Below are positions 1 to 13,051 of a stretch of 64,000 nt of DNA, piece after piece (within the stretch, counting starts at the first letter, position 1; each line of letters begins with the position of its first letter). The notes under the pieces were generated by a model. That model searched no databases. It worked only from the letters and a program-made list of their open reading frames with translations, and was not told the DNA's origin. Location of the stretch: positions 4,791,976 through 4,855,975 of the forward strand of contig OZ316897.1 in the NCBI GenBank assembly GCA_973895155.1, given 5' to 3'. The DNA comes from Marsupella aquatica (taxonomy: Eukaryota > Plantae > Marchantiophyta). Made by a program: the position numbers and the translations under genes.

Positions 1-916
1 CCTCAGAGAAGAAGCACAGGTGACCTTCATGACAAGTCATTTGAATGCAAAAGAAAGGTCCTCCCAATATAAGTGGGGCATTGAACACCTCAACATTGGG
101 CTTATCACGGGATTTTCATGGTTTTATGATAACATTGATGGAGTAAAATAATTACAAATTACATCCTAATCATTCTTTAAAACAACTAGCAATACTCTTA
201 CTTGCAATTATAAACAACACTGAAAATAACACAAGGCAATACAAGACACACAAACCTCTCGGATATTTAAAAGTCAAGCTTTGAAGTTCCATCTTCACCA
301 AGCCTCCCTTCCTGGTCTTATTGTCTTCCTTCTCTTCTCACACGTCCACATTAGAAATAATAACCATCTTGAGCCAAACAGAAAGGGCATTTAAACAAAC
401 ACTAGCAAAACAGAGAGTAGGGCACGTACATGACAAATAAATAGTCTACTCTAACACCTCCACAATGCACTACAAGGTCCAATGGCAGACCTCCTAGCTA
501 CCATTGTCCTTCCACAATCTTGTTATTATGACATCAAGCTCTATTTTTTGACCTTTGCCTGAAGCTCCAAAGTGTTTAAACTGAACATTGGAATTGGACA
601 GTACGTTGGCTGCCACATAACTCCCTAACTTGAACCTCAAACCTGAATTTCAAAAACACCCTAGCCTAACCTAACCTAACCCTAAATTCCTACCAAAGTC
701 ACAATGGCCTCCTTAGGGTATGCCCTTCCATGACCCTTTTGTAGCCCTCCAATATTAGTCGCAGCAATTGAGGCCCCATGAAATTGCTTAGCCACTAAAT
801 ATAAAGGTGACACCCATGCATACTTTTAGCTATTTTCTTGGGAAAGGTTAAACAAAAATTAATATTATTTGGGACTACACATGTACCAATTGCATAGTGG
901 TAAGTGTACCAATCTT

Positions 917-1489
917 GGGGGGGTCACTTCCACGGAAGTGACACATCACGTGCGACAAAGTATAGGCCCATTTAAATGAGTGTGGTGGAAGACTTCTAAA
1001 GTTTGGTGGAAGAACACATAGGGCATGTTTTATTGATTGGTTGACTTTAAAGAACACATAGGCTTATTTAATTGTAAAAAATATTTTCTTTAAAGTTTTT
1101 AGGGGTTTTTTAGTAAAAATGACAAAATTTAAAGAAAGAAAGGGTTTTGCAAAAAAACATTTTTCACTTATAAGTTAGGGGGGTCAAACCCTAAAACGTT
1201 GCACGCGATGTATGGCCCTCCATATAGTGACCCCCCCAAGGTATCAATTAGAACATGCCACATGTCCTATGTATGTACATGACGTAAAAAAATCCCTAAC
1301 TTTCTTAGACAATTTCATGGAATATGACCTATTTAATGAGGGCCTATTATTCTTTAAAGCGCATCCAAAATTTTAACAGGACCCTATTAATTGTTCTTCC
1401 ATAAAACTTTGAAAGTCTTTCTTCAGGACCATTTTAATGATCGTATACCATCGCACGTGATGTGGCACTTCCGTGGAAGAGACCCCCCC
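917..1489. repeat. 39-bp inverted repeat pair (917-955 / 1451-1489), possible MITE or subterminal repeats of a DNA transposon
   Basis: gggggggtcacttccacggaagtgacacatcacgtgcga is the reverse complement of 1451-1489 with 2 mismatches. Further GGGGGGTCA/TGACCCCCC copies at ~1178 and ~1228. No TSD seen. Confidence 0.6.
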
Positions 1490-1521
1490 TCCTTCCTCGA
1501 GGAGAAAATATGGCAAGGTGA

Positions 1522-1851
1522 TGTCACACCATTCTAGGTAGTGTTAGAGTGTATCGTACTATCTAGATCTGTATGTTTGGTATGTGTGCTACATGACCCG
1601 ATAAGGTTCCGTTAGGTTTGTGTGAGAGGGTAGTTCTCTCTTGTGAGGCATTAAAAGGTTATCTTTCAATGTTGAGCCTTGGAGAGAGAGGAGCTTGTGT
1701 GGTGGCTATGGTGGCTGAGAGCTCTCTCTCTATGTAGAGTGGATTCCTTGAGTACAAGGTGCATTGGCTTGACATACATGTGTGATCGGATCGGTGCGAG
1801 ATCGATGGGGTATTGTTGACCGAGATTGTTGTGCCGATTGTATTGAGATTA
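1522..1851 (+). repeat. Direct repeat A1 (330 bp) of the gypsy element
   Basis: Colinear, equal-length copy at 21371-21700 (tgtcacac...attgagatta), roughly 90-95% identical by eye. Confidence 0.95.
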
Positions 1852-2742
1852 CATTGAAAGATCAGGAGCTTCAAACTCTGTTGTGCGGACAGAATCTCAA
1901 TTTGAGTTTGTTGTTGACAATTCGTGGTAGCTCAAATCGATTGGATTTGTGTTTGACGCGGATTCATGTTTCTTGAGTCGTTGGTTCTATTGATTGAGTA
2001 CACCGTTGCTATTCGATCTGTTCTGGCTTCGAGGCAACTCGTGGTTACTCGAGACAAGGGGCATGAGGGCGAAGTAGGAGCGAGCGGGCCAGCTTGCTGG
2101 TACGTGAGGAGTAGTTTGGAGCGGCCAATTTGGTACATAACTACAAGTGAGAGGTCACCCATCCCAAAGCTATTCCTTCCCCACGTGCTTAACTATGTGG
2201 TTCTTAAGTGCTTTTGTGTACACACACTCCTTTCCACTTTGATGTTGATGGAAGGAGCACTTAGGCATTTTGTACACATTCTGGTTTGTTTAGATTGCCA
2301 TTTTGGACCAAATCATAAGTTCTCTTAAGGTTTTTGATGCTTCTGAATCCATCTAGATGCATGGATTGAACCAATTGTGCATGGATCCTTAGCTACGACA
2401 TTGAACATTGAGAGGCCTATTATAAAGGCCATACATTGAACATTATGAACATCGCTTGATTGATGTATGATCACTGTTGATGTGAAGAGTTATTGTGGAT
2501 CTCTTCTTGTTGATTGGATCCTCTTCACATATGCTTCTAGTTTATGCGCCATGTTAGTTTGGCGTGGGCGCTTGATTCTATAGAAGTGATCCGGGTTTGC
2601 AACCGGATATTCTATTTGTGCTACGTATTTCTCTCCTGGTGATGTTGGAGTGATGCCCAACACACCATGGTGAGTGCTTGTGTTGCTGACAGGGACAGAT
2701 TGCCCTTAGGGTTAGCATATAGATTAGGTTAGGTTGGTCACC

Positions 2743-4435
2743 ATGGGTTCTTCTGGCGCTACTGGGTTACTCGATGGACGACGGATCGGTTTCACTCGGA
2801 GTGGGGCGCAGTTTTGGCTAGCAACATTGGTAGCAGTCAGCAACACAGCTTCAGACAGTGATTCTGACAAGGACTTTGTGACCAGTTCTCCTTGTTATTA
2901 GGTGATTGCACCTTTGTTGTGGGATATGGAAGAGATGTACAGGGCTACAAAGGGCCCACGACGATAGTCTGGTGTAGTTGGCACGATTGATCTTGATGAC
3001 TTCATCCAAAAGTTTGATACGTGGTGCGATATGCAGACATTGCGTAACGCCACGTTGTTTACCCCTTTCATGGCATGGAAGGGATTATTTCAGCATTTGG
3101 AGGGACCACCCATGGATGACTACCATGAGTTTCGAAAGGCTCATTTGGTTGAGATTAAGGCATGGAGGCAGCATTGGTCGCCTAATTACGTGTCCATCAC
3201 CTATGGCACTAGTGCAGCTGCCCAACCCATTGCCACAGTTATTGCTTCTTCTAGCAGCACTAGCCAGAGTGACACACCATCCACCAGTAGCACTCCAACA
3301 ACATCCACTGCTACTCCTGCCGGTGTAATTGTGACAAGGACTCAAGCTGCACCAGCATTTAACCCTGTGGTGGAGTTCTTTGAGGTACTACAACAGAACT
3401 ATCAGGATGTGAGAACTGATAAGTTGAAGGGTTTTCAGGAGTTCCAGCGCAAGACTCGAGAGAGTCTACGTGAGGCATACACTTGTATGCGCAGATTGAT
3501 CACTATCACCAAGGGAGTGATAGAGGCTCAGGCAATCCAGTTTTGGTACGCAATTCTGGACAGAGAAATTGCGACGCAGAATGAGAGATGTCACTCTGCT
3601 TAGGGATGCAGATCCCACATTAGCAGTTGTTTTTACACTTTCAGAGCGCATTGAGCTCAATATGGTGAATGAGAAGGTGGTGACTTCCGGATTTGACAAG
3701 GAAGCACCAAAGGCTGCATCTACATCCACACCACAGCCTACTGCATAGAAGAGCCAGAGGAAGAAGCCTATTGCACGAGAGTCTACCAGCCAGAGACCTA
3801 TGCCCTCTTATGCTAGACAATAGTCAGGATGTTGGACCTGTGGTGAGGATCATGCACAGAGATATTGCCCAGATAATAGAGGTTCAGGGGGAGCATCAGC
3901 GCCTGATCAGCAACAATGTGATCACTGTGGAGCTCCTAGACACACCAAGGATAGGTATTTCTCACTCCATCCTGAGTTACGGAGAGGAGGATCCCGTACA
4001 CATGATCAGGGAAGAGGAGGAGGAGGTAGAGGTGGTGGACATGGTCGTGGCATGCCACATGCAGGGAGATAGGGAGGTGACGTTGCCCCTACTGGAACCA
4101 TAGATCCAAAGGATGCTAAGATTGCTCAATTGGAGCAACAACTAGCTGCCATGGCTAGTTCCCAAGTGAGACCTACTTGTGGTGATGGGGCATCTACATC
4201 CTATGGACCTTCCACATCCCATGGTCCTTCCATATCTTATGGAGCTGATGGAGACCTTGCCACCATGGGATTCATGTGTGGCACTACACATATTGATGCA
4301 TCAACAGCTTTGACACGTGGGGCAGCCAAAGCTCTTGAGCCCCGAGGAGCAGTAGTGGAGTTAGATCCACATAGGGGGGATGCACGTTGGCAGACAAAGC
4401 TTTCTCAGTCTTTTACATTGTCAAAGACAGTTTAG
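2743..4435 (+). pseudogene. gag: gypsy Gag (stops/frameshifts) with two CCHC-type zinc knuckles
   Basis: MGSSG...GFTRSG start. FQRKTRESLREAYTCMRRL capsid-like motif. CWTCGEDHAQRYC (~3830) and CDHCGAPRHTKDRY (~3917), then an RGG-rich stretch. Confidence 0.75.
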
Positions 4436-4779
4436 ATTGCCTCTATGAACCCGGTTCGGACAAACCCTGGTGTGGGTAAGTTGGCAAAATCATGTAGTGA
4501 TGCAGCAGGGATGACAGGTACCCTACTGGGGGTGGCTACTGCCATAGTACGCACCCCATTATTTTCAGCGACAGACATGCTGAACTTGGAAGTTGGTCCT
4601 ACAGAAGTGTTCAGATTGGCAGCTACACTCTATGAGGACACTCCAGTGGTTGCTTCCCATGCAGAAGCAGCTTGCAGTGTTGAACCAATGAAGACCATGC
4701 GACCTACTGCTACTAGTGAGACATGGCATGTAGCAACAACAAGGTTGGTGGATTTACGAGCACGCCCTGCATTTGAGAG

Positions 4780-5240
4780 GACTAGGTTTAAACCTAGTGT
4801 TGTGTCATTGGATAATTGGAGTGGTATCTTTTGATTAGTTGGGCTTTCTGGAGCAGTATACCAGCCAGAGAGAGTGTTACTGGATACTGGTGCTCAGCCC
4901 TTGATGCTGGGTAAGTCTACCATACGTGGATTGGGATTGCGTCTAGAGGATTTGGAGGATTGTCCCTTTCCCATTCAGACTTCATTGGGGGACCTACACC
5001 TACACAACACATTACCAGGAGACCTTTTGATTTGAGGATTCAGGAAGGTCATACCATAGATAGCTCACAGATACAGGCGCGAGCTATTCTGACTAAGGCA
5101 GAGTCATATGATGTGTTGGTGGGATGTACAGTGCTCTACCCCATGGGATTTATTCTTGATTTTTGGGAGAAATCAGTGTCATATAGACCTGATTGGCAAT
5201 CAGGAGATGCTCGATTGAGCAAATTGCTAGTGAGATTTAG
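4780..5240 (+). pseudogene. gypsy aspartic protease
   Basis: ERVLLDTGAQPLML at 4868-4909; YDVLVG ... GFILDF C-terminal motif. Confidence 0.8.
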
Positions 5241-5586
5241 TGGACCTGTGGGAGGCCCTAAATCCACACCATTGTTTTTGGCAACCATTCAGTGGTGTAA
5301 TTACTGGACTTGAGGATTTGATTGAGGGTAATGCGCATGCACCAGATGTTCCACCATTGGAGGAGTCTCATGAGGAGCACATCATGCGGGGATTACTTGT
5401 TGGCAGTGTTGTGCCACCAGTGTGGGGCACTGCACAGGCCTTGCCACAAGCAGCAACACGATTGGTACATGATGCATGGCATCATGCTTTTACACCACTA
5501 TCAAGAGTAGAGCAGTCTTGTGCAGATGGACCGATGACTCTTTCACCATTGGATACCACTCCTATTGCTTGGCAGTATCCATCGGA

Positions 5587-6550
5587 GGGTATTTGTTTGT
5601 TGGATCTTTTTGGTGGGATTAGCACTGGATTGGCTATTGTTCTTCAAGCAGGAATTCATGTGCATTGTTATTTGTATGTGGAGATAGATGAGACACCACG
5701 GAGGGTCTTATTGCGACATGTGGCTATGTTGGTGGATAGATATCCACAATTGTTGCCAGTGGATGTTGTTTGTGGTTATTAGCGTGCACTACCTGCTGAT
5801 ATTTCATTGCTGGGGGTGGATCATCTGCATCGTGTTAGCCCCATTGATTTGGTGATTGCTGGTTGGCCATGTCAGGGCCAATCTAGAGCTGGCGTTGGAT
5901 ATGGACTTCATGATCCACGCTCTGCATTGTTTTGGGAGATGTTACGGGTGCTGCGTCATCTCCAGCTACATCAGACTTAGTCTCCAGCATACATTTTGGA
6001 GAATGTGCCATTGTTAGGTGATGATCATAGTTGGATTGTTGCCAGTGTTCACCAGGTGAGGTCTTGGATTGGACTTGTTGTGTTATTGGATGCTACACGT
6101 GTGGGTTCTTGTGCACATCGCCCATGCTTGTGGTGGACTAATTTGATCCCATGTGAGGTGCTGAAGCACGCATTTGATAGCATTCCACGCTCACCAACCT
6201 TAGTGGTGGATGATATTTTGGATCCAGAGCGTCGTGCACAGGGTGTGACCCAACCTGATAGACCCCCATTGGCAGTGGTCAATGCAGTTGGGCACCCACA
6301 TTGTGCATTACCCACTCTTGTAAGCCACTCTGCTTCATATGCATTCAGAGCAGGTGGCCTTGGACTTGTGTGGGACACAACTCTCCAGCAGTTAGTGGAG
6401 CCTATTGCTGATGAGAGGGAGCATGCTATGGGATTTTTGACAGGCACCACTTCAGTTGCCTCGGTGTCAAAGAGTTCACGCTGCCAGGTCCTTGGTCAAG
6501 CAATGGATTTGAATTGTTTGACTTGGATTGTCAGCTTGGGAGTAGCTGAA
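5587..6550 (+). pseudogene. C5-cytosine DNA methyltransferase domain (DNMT3-like motif order) inside pol
   Basis: One frame with two TAG stops. Motif I LLDLFGGISTG, II YLYVEID, IV DLVIAGWPCQG (PC 5867-5872), DPRSALFWE, VI ILENV (5999-6007), VIII AHRPCLWWTN, X LGQAMDLN. Confidence 0.9.
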
Positions 6551-6772
6551 CAGTTGCGAATGCGCCTTGTTGGTGTTACTGATCGTCTATTAGTGAGCTT
6601 GCGGTCCACTAAGATAGTGATGACCACAGTTGGGGGCGAGCAGACAGTCCATGGACCTATGGCAGGATTGGCCAAGGCTGGACAGATTGTTGAGCAGGAA
6701 GGGACTGCTCAATCTACTACTAAATAGCAATCGTCGGCTATCTCTTCTACCCTACAAAGAGATATTAGAGAT

Positions 6773-7287
6773 TTGGTGGAGAGTTGGGAACCACAGCTTG
6801 GCCCTAAGTTGACAAGGGATGAGAGACGTCGCATGCATCAATTCCTGAAGGGTACGTATTGGAATTTTTTTGCATTTAGCATGAAGGATTTGGGGACATT
6901 AAAGGGCCCTAGTATTCAGATTGAATTGGCTAGTGATGCGCCAATCTTTCGTAGACCATACCGTTACAGTGACATGGAGAGAGCTCTGATTCAAATCAAA
7001 ACTCAAGATTTGTTGGAGGTTGGATTGGTGGAGATTTCATATGGGGAGTATGCGTCTGCCACAGTGATGCCAACCAAGGAAGATGTGCATGGCAATTACA
7101 TAGATAGACGCATGTGTGGTGATTATAGACCTATTAATCGCCAGACTAAATCTGATCGATATGTCATGCTCACACCTGAGAAGATCTTTGATGTTGTGGG
7201 ACATGCAAAGGTTTTCAGTTCATTGAATCTGAGGGCAGGGTACCATCAGCTTCCAATTAGGCATGTTGACAGGTCCAAGACAACATT
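6773..7287 (+). pseudogene. pol: gypsy reverse transcriptase, N-terminal part (cut by CACTA)
   Basis: PIFRRPYRYS, RRMCGDYRPIN, LRAGYHQL, KTTF; continues WGID at 17005. Confidence 0.92.
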
Positions 7288-7297
7288 CACTACAACA

Positions 7298-7790
7298 TAT
7301 TTGACACTTTTGCGAAGGTATTTTTGTCGACGCTCTTGTATTTCCGATGGGCGGCGCTTTGCATATTTTGCGAATCAACCCGCATCGCAATTTGCAATTC
7401 TATCCCTATCGCAAATATAATAGCTGAAGCGCATTATATCGCTAATAAATTGCGAAGTAAGTGGTTTTGCAATTTTTACCGAAATGCGTCGAATGGAAAG
7501 GAATCTTCCGAAGATAGAAAAATCGCTCGCCGACTCCAAAACTAACTCATGTAAATATTTGCGAAGAATATTGGATTGAAAATGTTTTGCGATAGTAGTT
7601 GTTTGACAAGTTTAAGAATGTCGGAGGATGGAAGATTTGCGAAACGCTGAAAATATGAAATTTATGATTGATTTTGCATCACAAGTTTGCGAAGAGTGTA
7701 GTATGGAAATATTGAGAAACGAGAAGCTTCATATAAATTGCAAGTCCGGTGAGAGTTTGTGAGCTTCGCAAATTGTTCGCAAACTAAAAA
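7298..7790. repeat. CACTA left subterminal TTGCGA(A)/TTCGCAA repeats
   Basis: Many copies in both orientations; same motif at ~14015-14235, ~15540-15705 and ~16570-16980. Confidence 0.8.
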
Positions 7791-8231
7791 TTAAGGTTAT
7801 TGTGAGGTGAGACAATGAAGAGGGTGGATGGTCCAATATATGGATGGGGCAGGAGGGAAGAGGAAGGGAGGATGGAGGGAGGTACAATGAAGGATGGAAA
7901 AGGGAGGGAGTACAATGGAAGAGGAAGGAGGGAGGAGGAGGGACAGACGTACCACGGAGGAGGGAAACACGAGGGTGAGAATGAAAATTATGGAATAAGT
8001 AGGAAATAAAGTTATATTGAGCAACAGAGGTTAGATAGAAAGTTGCATGTAAAATTCACAAGTGATCACAATAAAACAATACAATACATATGTCATGAGT
8101 ATGACTCATTCAAAAGTGAATGGCAAATATAAATATAGACAATCCTTTTTTTTATATCACCAAACATGAACAAATCAAATATAACATGAACAAATGTCTA
8201 GGCTGGACCCAAGTGCATATAAATATGTCCC

Positions 8232-11200
8232 TCACACTTGGTCCTCATCGGCCTCAAGGTCATCTAGGTCTGATACAATAACATCTGGCTTCTCAGAAAC
8301 AATGGAACAAGAACGTGGCACATAGGTGATGACAATTGACCACTCGGTGTCTAAGGGGTATGGAATGTAGAAACATTGCTCCAAGTGTGATGGGAATGCA
8401 AATGGTTCTGACGTTTGCCAATGAGATGCTTGAACACTAGTGGCACTTGTCTTCAACCGTGTAAACCCACTCTCATCTTGAAGTACAGTGCAATTTTGAC
8501 CAACAAGGTTCACTTTGAACCACTTGCACTTGAAGACATATTCCTCAAACTTTGAATGGTTGTCATATGATACCACCAAGATCTCCTCTATCTTCCCATA
8601 GTGTGGCACAACATCTCTAACAATGTTCCTGTCATGGCGGCTGCTTCTGGAGTCTTGAGAAAATTCCCCTTGAACTCCACAATCAAAAGTACGACCCCTC
8701 TTCTCATCAAGGGAAGAAACCCTAAAATTAACAAAACCCACAAATTTTTATTACACTGTAAAAGATACCATTAATGTAATAATCATCAAAATATGACACC
8801 CATCCCTAAATAGCCAAAACCCACATGGCCTATGGCATAAATATAGAAGTCAACATTACAGTTATGGATGTCATTAATGATAATAGAAAGTTTTTAAACA
8901 ATAGAAATAACTAATCAAAATAAGGTCTACATGAATTAATAGAGGAAGAAAGGTTAGGTACTAGTGGACCTGAAGTGTCTCCCTTGTGTCCACATAGCCG
9001 TCTTGGATGTCACCACTCTCAAAGGGCCATGAACAATGGTCCGAACGTCATCTGTGATGGTAGGAAAGTGGGACACATCTCCTCCTTGTGTCACCATGTC
9101 ATCCAACTCAAGCAACTTTTGCTTCATATACTCATGCATCTTAGGAAAAATTCTTGCTCTTTGACTTGTTCTCTTGGCATTCTCATAAAACTCTCTCCAT
9201 TTCTCCATGATATTACTATTACTCAACATAAATGTTGTCAACTGTGACCACTCTGTTGATGTCAACATGCGTGTTTTTGTGGCACCTGTTAAACGGTCCT
9301 CCTCCTCTTCTCTTTCCTCCATCCAAGTACGTGGACAAGTAGGATCAATGGTGGCCAAGATGTTACTACAATAAAACATACTCTCTGCTGCCAAGTATCC
9401 TGTAGCTATGCTTCCCTCCACCCGTGCACGGTTACGTACATAAGCCTTCAACACCGCCATGTAACGCTCAAGCCAATACATCCATCTACAATGCACTGGA
9501 CCTGCAATGGCAACCTCCCGCACAAGATGCACAAGTAAATGAACCTGACAATCAAAGAAGGAAGGAGGAAGGGCTTTCTCCAACTTGCATACCACCTCAG
9601 CTGCCAATACCTCCATCCCAGGGATCTCTTCTACATATATCTCCTTTGAGCATATCCATCTCAACAAACGACCCAATGACCAGATGGCATCTTGCACTTC
9701 TTCACTCCCTATACCTATAATTGCCACTGGCAATATATGTTGCAATAGGCGATGATAGTCATGTGTCTTCAGATATCGTGGCCACTTGTGATTGTCCTCC
9801 ATCCCAAAAGCTTTTCGAAGGTTGGCACCATAGCCTGTAGGAAACCGCATCTCTCCTATACGGTTCCGAAATTCACGTCTTTGGCCAACACTCAACACCC
9901 AAGGAGCAGAAGGACGATTCTCCACACCTGTGATAGGATCAATTGTCACCCAAACATCTGGATGCATTTCCATCTCCTCGCATGCCTCCCTAAAATTAGT
10001 GTCCTTCTCCCCATAAAAATGCTTTATCAAAGCCTTCCCCACATTTCCCTCTATGTGCATGGGGTCTAAAAGATGGCGGATCTTCAACTCAGACCAATAG
10101 GGCAAAGTGGCTAGTATACTCCACCTGGTCAAACCTGTCCTATCAAAGGTGAAGGAATCATTTGGGTCTGCCACCCTATTAGCTAGTGACTTCCAATGTG
10201 CAAAACTTGTTGCATCAGGAATTTCACGCTCATCACCAAATGGCATGTCAAAGGAGGAGAATAGAAGTGGGTCAAACCTCATCTCATGCCCCATGGGAAG
10301 AAACTTTGTATGCCCAATATAAACAATCTTTCTAATCCATGAACAATATGTGGCCATGTCCTCTAAGCTTGGGCCACAAGTAGAGCAAGCTTTGTACCCC
10401 TGAGTTTGCAATCCAAAGACAAAACCAAACCCTGCTTACATAGAAGAAATCAAACCATGCAAACTTTATGTTAGGGTTGTCACATGAGAAACATCAATAG
10501 GAACTACACATTATTGAAGGGTTGCAAATGGCATGGAAGTCATCTTACCAGGATAGTCATGCATTGTCCAACAAATGATCCCTCTCAATTGAAAGACACG
10601 TGGAAAACCTCCTGTAATTTTCCTGCCATCATATGCCCACACTCCATTCCATAATTTTTGAAGTTCTCCAACCAATAGTGCCAAGTAAGTGTCAAAGTTC
10701 TTCACCTTTTTTGGACCTGGGATAATCAAAGACAATAAAAGGAACCCCTTCTTCATGGATAGCCATGGTGGGAGGTTATAATTCATGACAACCACAGGCC
10801 AAACTGATGTAGGTTGCCCCTTTCCTCCAAGTGAATGAGGGCTAACTCCATCAGATGCCAATCCTAGCCTCACATGGCGAGGATTATGTGCAAAGTCTGG
10901 CCATGTTGCCTCAATATGTTTGTGAGCAGGGGAGTCAACTGGCAACCGCATGACACCAGACTCTGATCGATGAGTCTTATGCCATACCATCAACTCTGCC
11001 AAGTCAGAACACCGATACATGTGCAACAACCGAGGAATGATGGGAAACCAACAAACAGCCTTCCTTGGCACCTTCTTTGTTAGCATGTTGGGGTCATAGC
11101 GAGGCTCATCACATGTTGTACATTGTGTCATGTTTGCATTGGCCCCATGAAATAACATGCAATCATTCACACATGCATGAACAATATGATATTCCATGCC

Positions 11201-11722
11201 AATAGATGAGAGAACACTCTTTGCCTCCTTCCAAGTTGCTGGCAACACATTCTCAGTGGGCAACATAAGGTCATGGCAAAGTGCAAACATATCAGATAAC
11301 AAGGCATTGCTTGCCTTGTGTTTGGCCTGTAGGTTCATCAACCCCAAGATGGCTGAAAGACGACTCAAACGAGCACCCTCATAGATAGGTGTTCGGGCAT
11401 GTTCCTCTGCTTCTTCCCATTGGCGTTGTCCCTCAGGGGTATGCCTTGGGCGTGGATCATTGGGGGGCACCTGCCCTTCATTGGGAAGGTCATCACCAAG
11501 GTTGTCGGCACCAAACCAATCAACCATAAAGTCATCCATGGCTCTATCCTGGTCATCAGTTACTTGTTCATCCGTCCGAGGTACCTCTTCATCAGGGTTA
11601 CTGCTTCCACTAGCACTTGATGAGGAGTGTGACTCTGATCCATGTCCTTCTTCTGGCATACCCATTTCTCGATATGTTGCTCTCAATCTCCGTGGTAACA
11701 TATTTGGAGAGGGTCGCACATT
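8232..11722 (-). CDS. tnpD: CACTA TnpD-type transposase (Transposase_21 / DUF4218 / DUF4216-like), 3 exons, apparently intact
   Basis: HACVNDCMLF, PIIPRL, RLGLASDG, YNLPPW, DYPG|FGF..GYKAC, LDPMHIEGNV, HLLVHL, WMYWLER, FKCKWF, EPFAFP. GT-AG introns at ~10548-10432 and ~8968-8722. Confidence 0.92.
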
Positions 11723-11898
11723 CTAAAAACAAAGCAAACAATTGAAAGTTATATTGCAAAGAGAACACACACAAAAATGGGCTAGGGGTGTGCAAAAATG
11801 AAATAATATTGGTTGTGGTGCAAATACAAAATGTGGCCAAAGGCCATATGTAGTGCCCTTTGATATGCAACATACCACCTATGACCCTTAACTTAACC

Positions 11899-12714
11899 CT
11901 AATCCCACTCATAGTGAGTAAATAACTCATCCCCTGAGTTAATGGTCCTTGTTGCTACAACTAGGCAATGGTCATGATGATATGTCTGGCCATAAGGTGC
12001 TGGCGGAGGACCCTCAATGAAAACCCACTCACAATTTTGCCTACGCTTAGGGCGAGTCCCCACGGTACTGTTTATGAAACCAGCAATATTCCCAGTCCGT
12101 ATGGGGTCCCCATCTATGACACGCTGCTCACTATACCTTCTAGTGTTTCCATCAAAAGTATCCATGTCCAATGCATAAGTCTTCCACTCAGGGTGTTGTG
12201 CAAGGATCATGTTCCAATGTCTTCTCTTGTAGATGGGTCCACCATAAGGAAACAAAGTAGGCCCCTCTCGGCCGCGTCCACCTCTACCACTCTCGGCGTC
12301 CACAATGATGTCCTCACAGGCAAAAACTCCATAGCCATGTCTATCCCCAAGTGTGGAAGGTTTGATAACCCAACGTCTACCCCAAACCTCTACCTCCGCA
12401 CCGTAGGAAAGCTGTTGTGGCAAACCAAGAGTCTCAGGATCCCAGTCCTTGATGATAGGGACACATCTGCCAGTGAACTCACAATCACCCCACCGACCCG
12501 TAACCACTGCCTTGTACAAATCAGTATCCCCTCGGGCCCGCCTCTTGGAACGCTTTCTCCCTCTTGGGACAATAGCCTCAACCCCAACTTCCCTAGGACT
12601 GGTGGGCCTTGCCGCTAGACCCAAGGCTTTTGAGAATGCATTGCCTATAGCATCTAGAACACCTTGTGATGGGACATAGGGTGCTTGTGCCGCAGGTCTA
12701 GGCCTATTGGATAC
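11899..12714 (-). CDS. SET-domain (lysine methyltransferase-like) exon within the CACTA transposase locus
   Basis: IKPST..HGYGVFACEDI, LFPYGG, IDG...GNIAGFINS, NCEWV, VVATRTINSGDELFTHY follow the canonical SET motif series. Open frame from the acceptor AG at 12716-12715. Confidence 0.88.
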   Translation of the reverse strand, partial: VSNRPRPAAQAPYVPSQGVLDAIGNAFSKALGLAARPTSPREVGVEAIVPRGRKRSKRRARGDTDLYKAVVTGRWGDCEFTGRCVPIIKDWDPETLGLPQQLSYGAEVEVWGRRWVIKPSTLGDRHGYGVFACEDIIVDAESGRGGRGREGPTLFPYGGPIYKRRHWNMILAQHPEWKTYALDMDTFDGNTRRYSEQRVIDGDPIRTGNIAGFINSTVGTRPKRRQNCEWVFIEGPPPAPYGQTYHHDHCLVVATRTINSGDELFTHYEWD

Positions 12715-12817
12715 CTATTCCACTGAAACCAAAACAAACAAAAGTAGGTGTGAAATTGCAAACCTTCAACCATTGAGTAATGGGAATAGGGTAGGAAAAC
12801 TAAGGCATAACACTTAC

Positions 12818-13051
12818 CATATGAGATGAAGAAGCCCCTGCCGTATGACGTCCACAACGCCCATATCTCTCAATATGTTGGGCACATATGTAAGATTTTT
12901 GGGAAACCTGACCCACACATCTGGAACATTCACAAAGTTGACGGGGTGGACCGCGAGGAGGAGGTGCGGTCGTGTGATGTTGAGGTGGAGGTGGTGTATC
13001 TTCATCAGAGGAGGACGAGTCTGTGGTGGAGATTTCAGAAGATGAAGACAT
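12818..13051 (-). CDS. CACTA exon 1 with transposase-associated Cys/His domain
   Basis: MSSSSE...LCECSRC...ICAQHIERYG; phase-0 donor ATG|GTAAGT at 12817. Confidence 0.7.

Noticed and set aside
1659-2328. Short ORFs in repeat A and the 5' leader (also 21508-22186)
   Set aside because: They overlap non-coding repeats and are low-complexity translations.
2822-2842. caacattggtagcagtcagc resembling LTR-end CA plus a tRNA-Met PBS
   Set aside because: It lies inside the gag reading frame, and 1852-2826 is not repeated at the 3' end, so it cannot be an LTR boundary.
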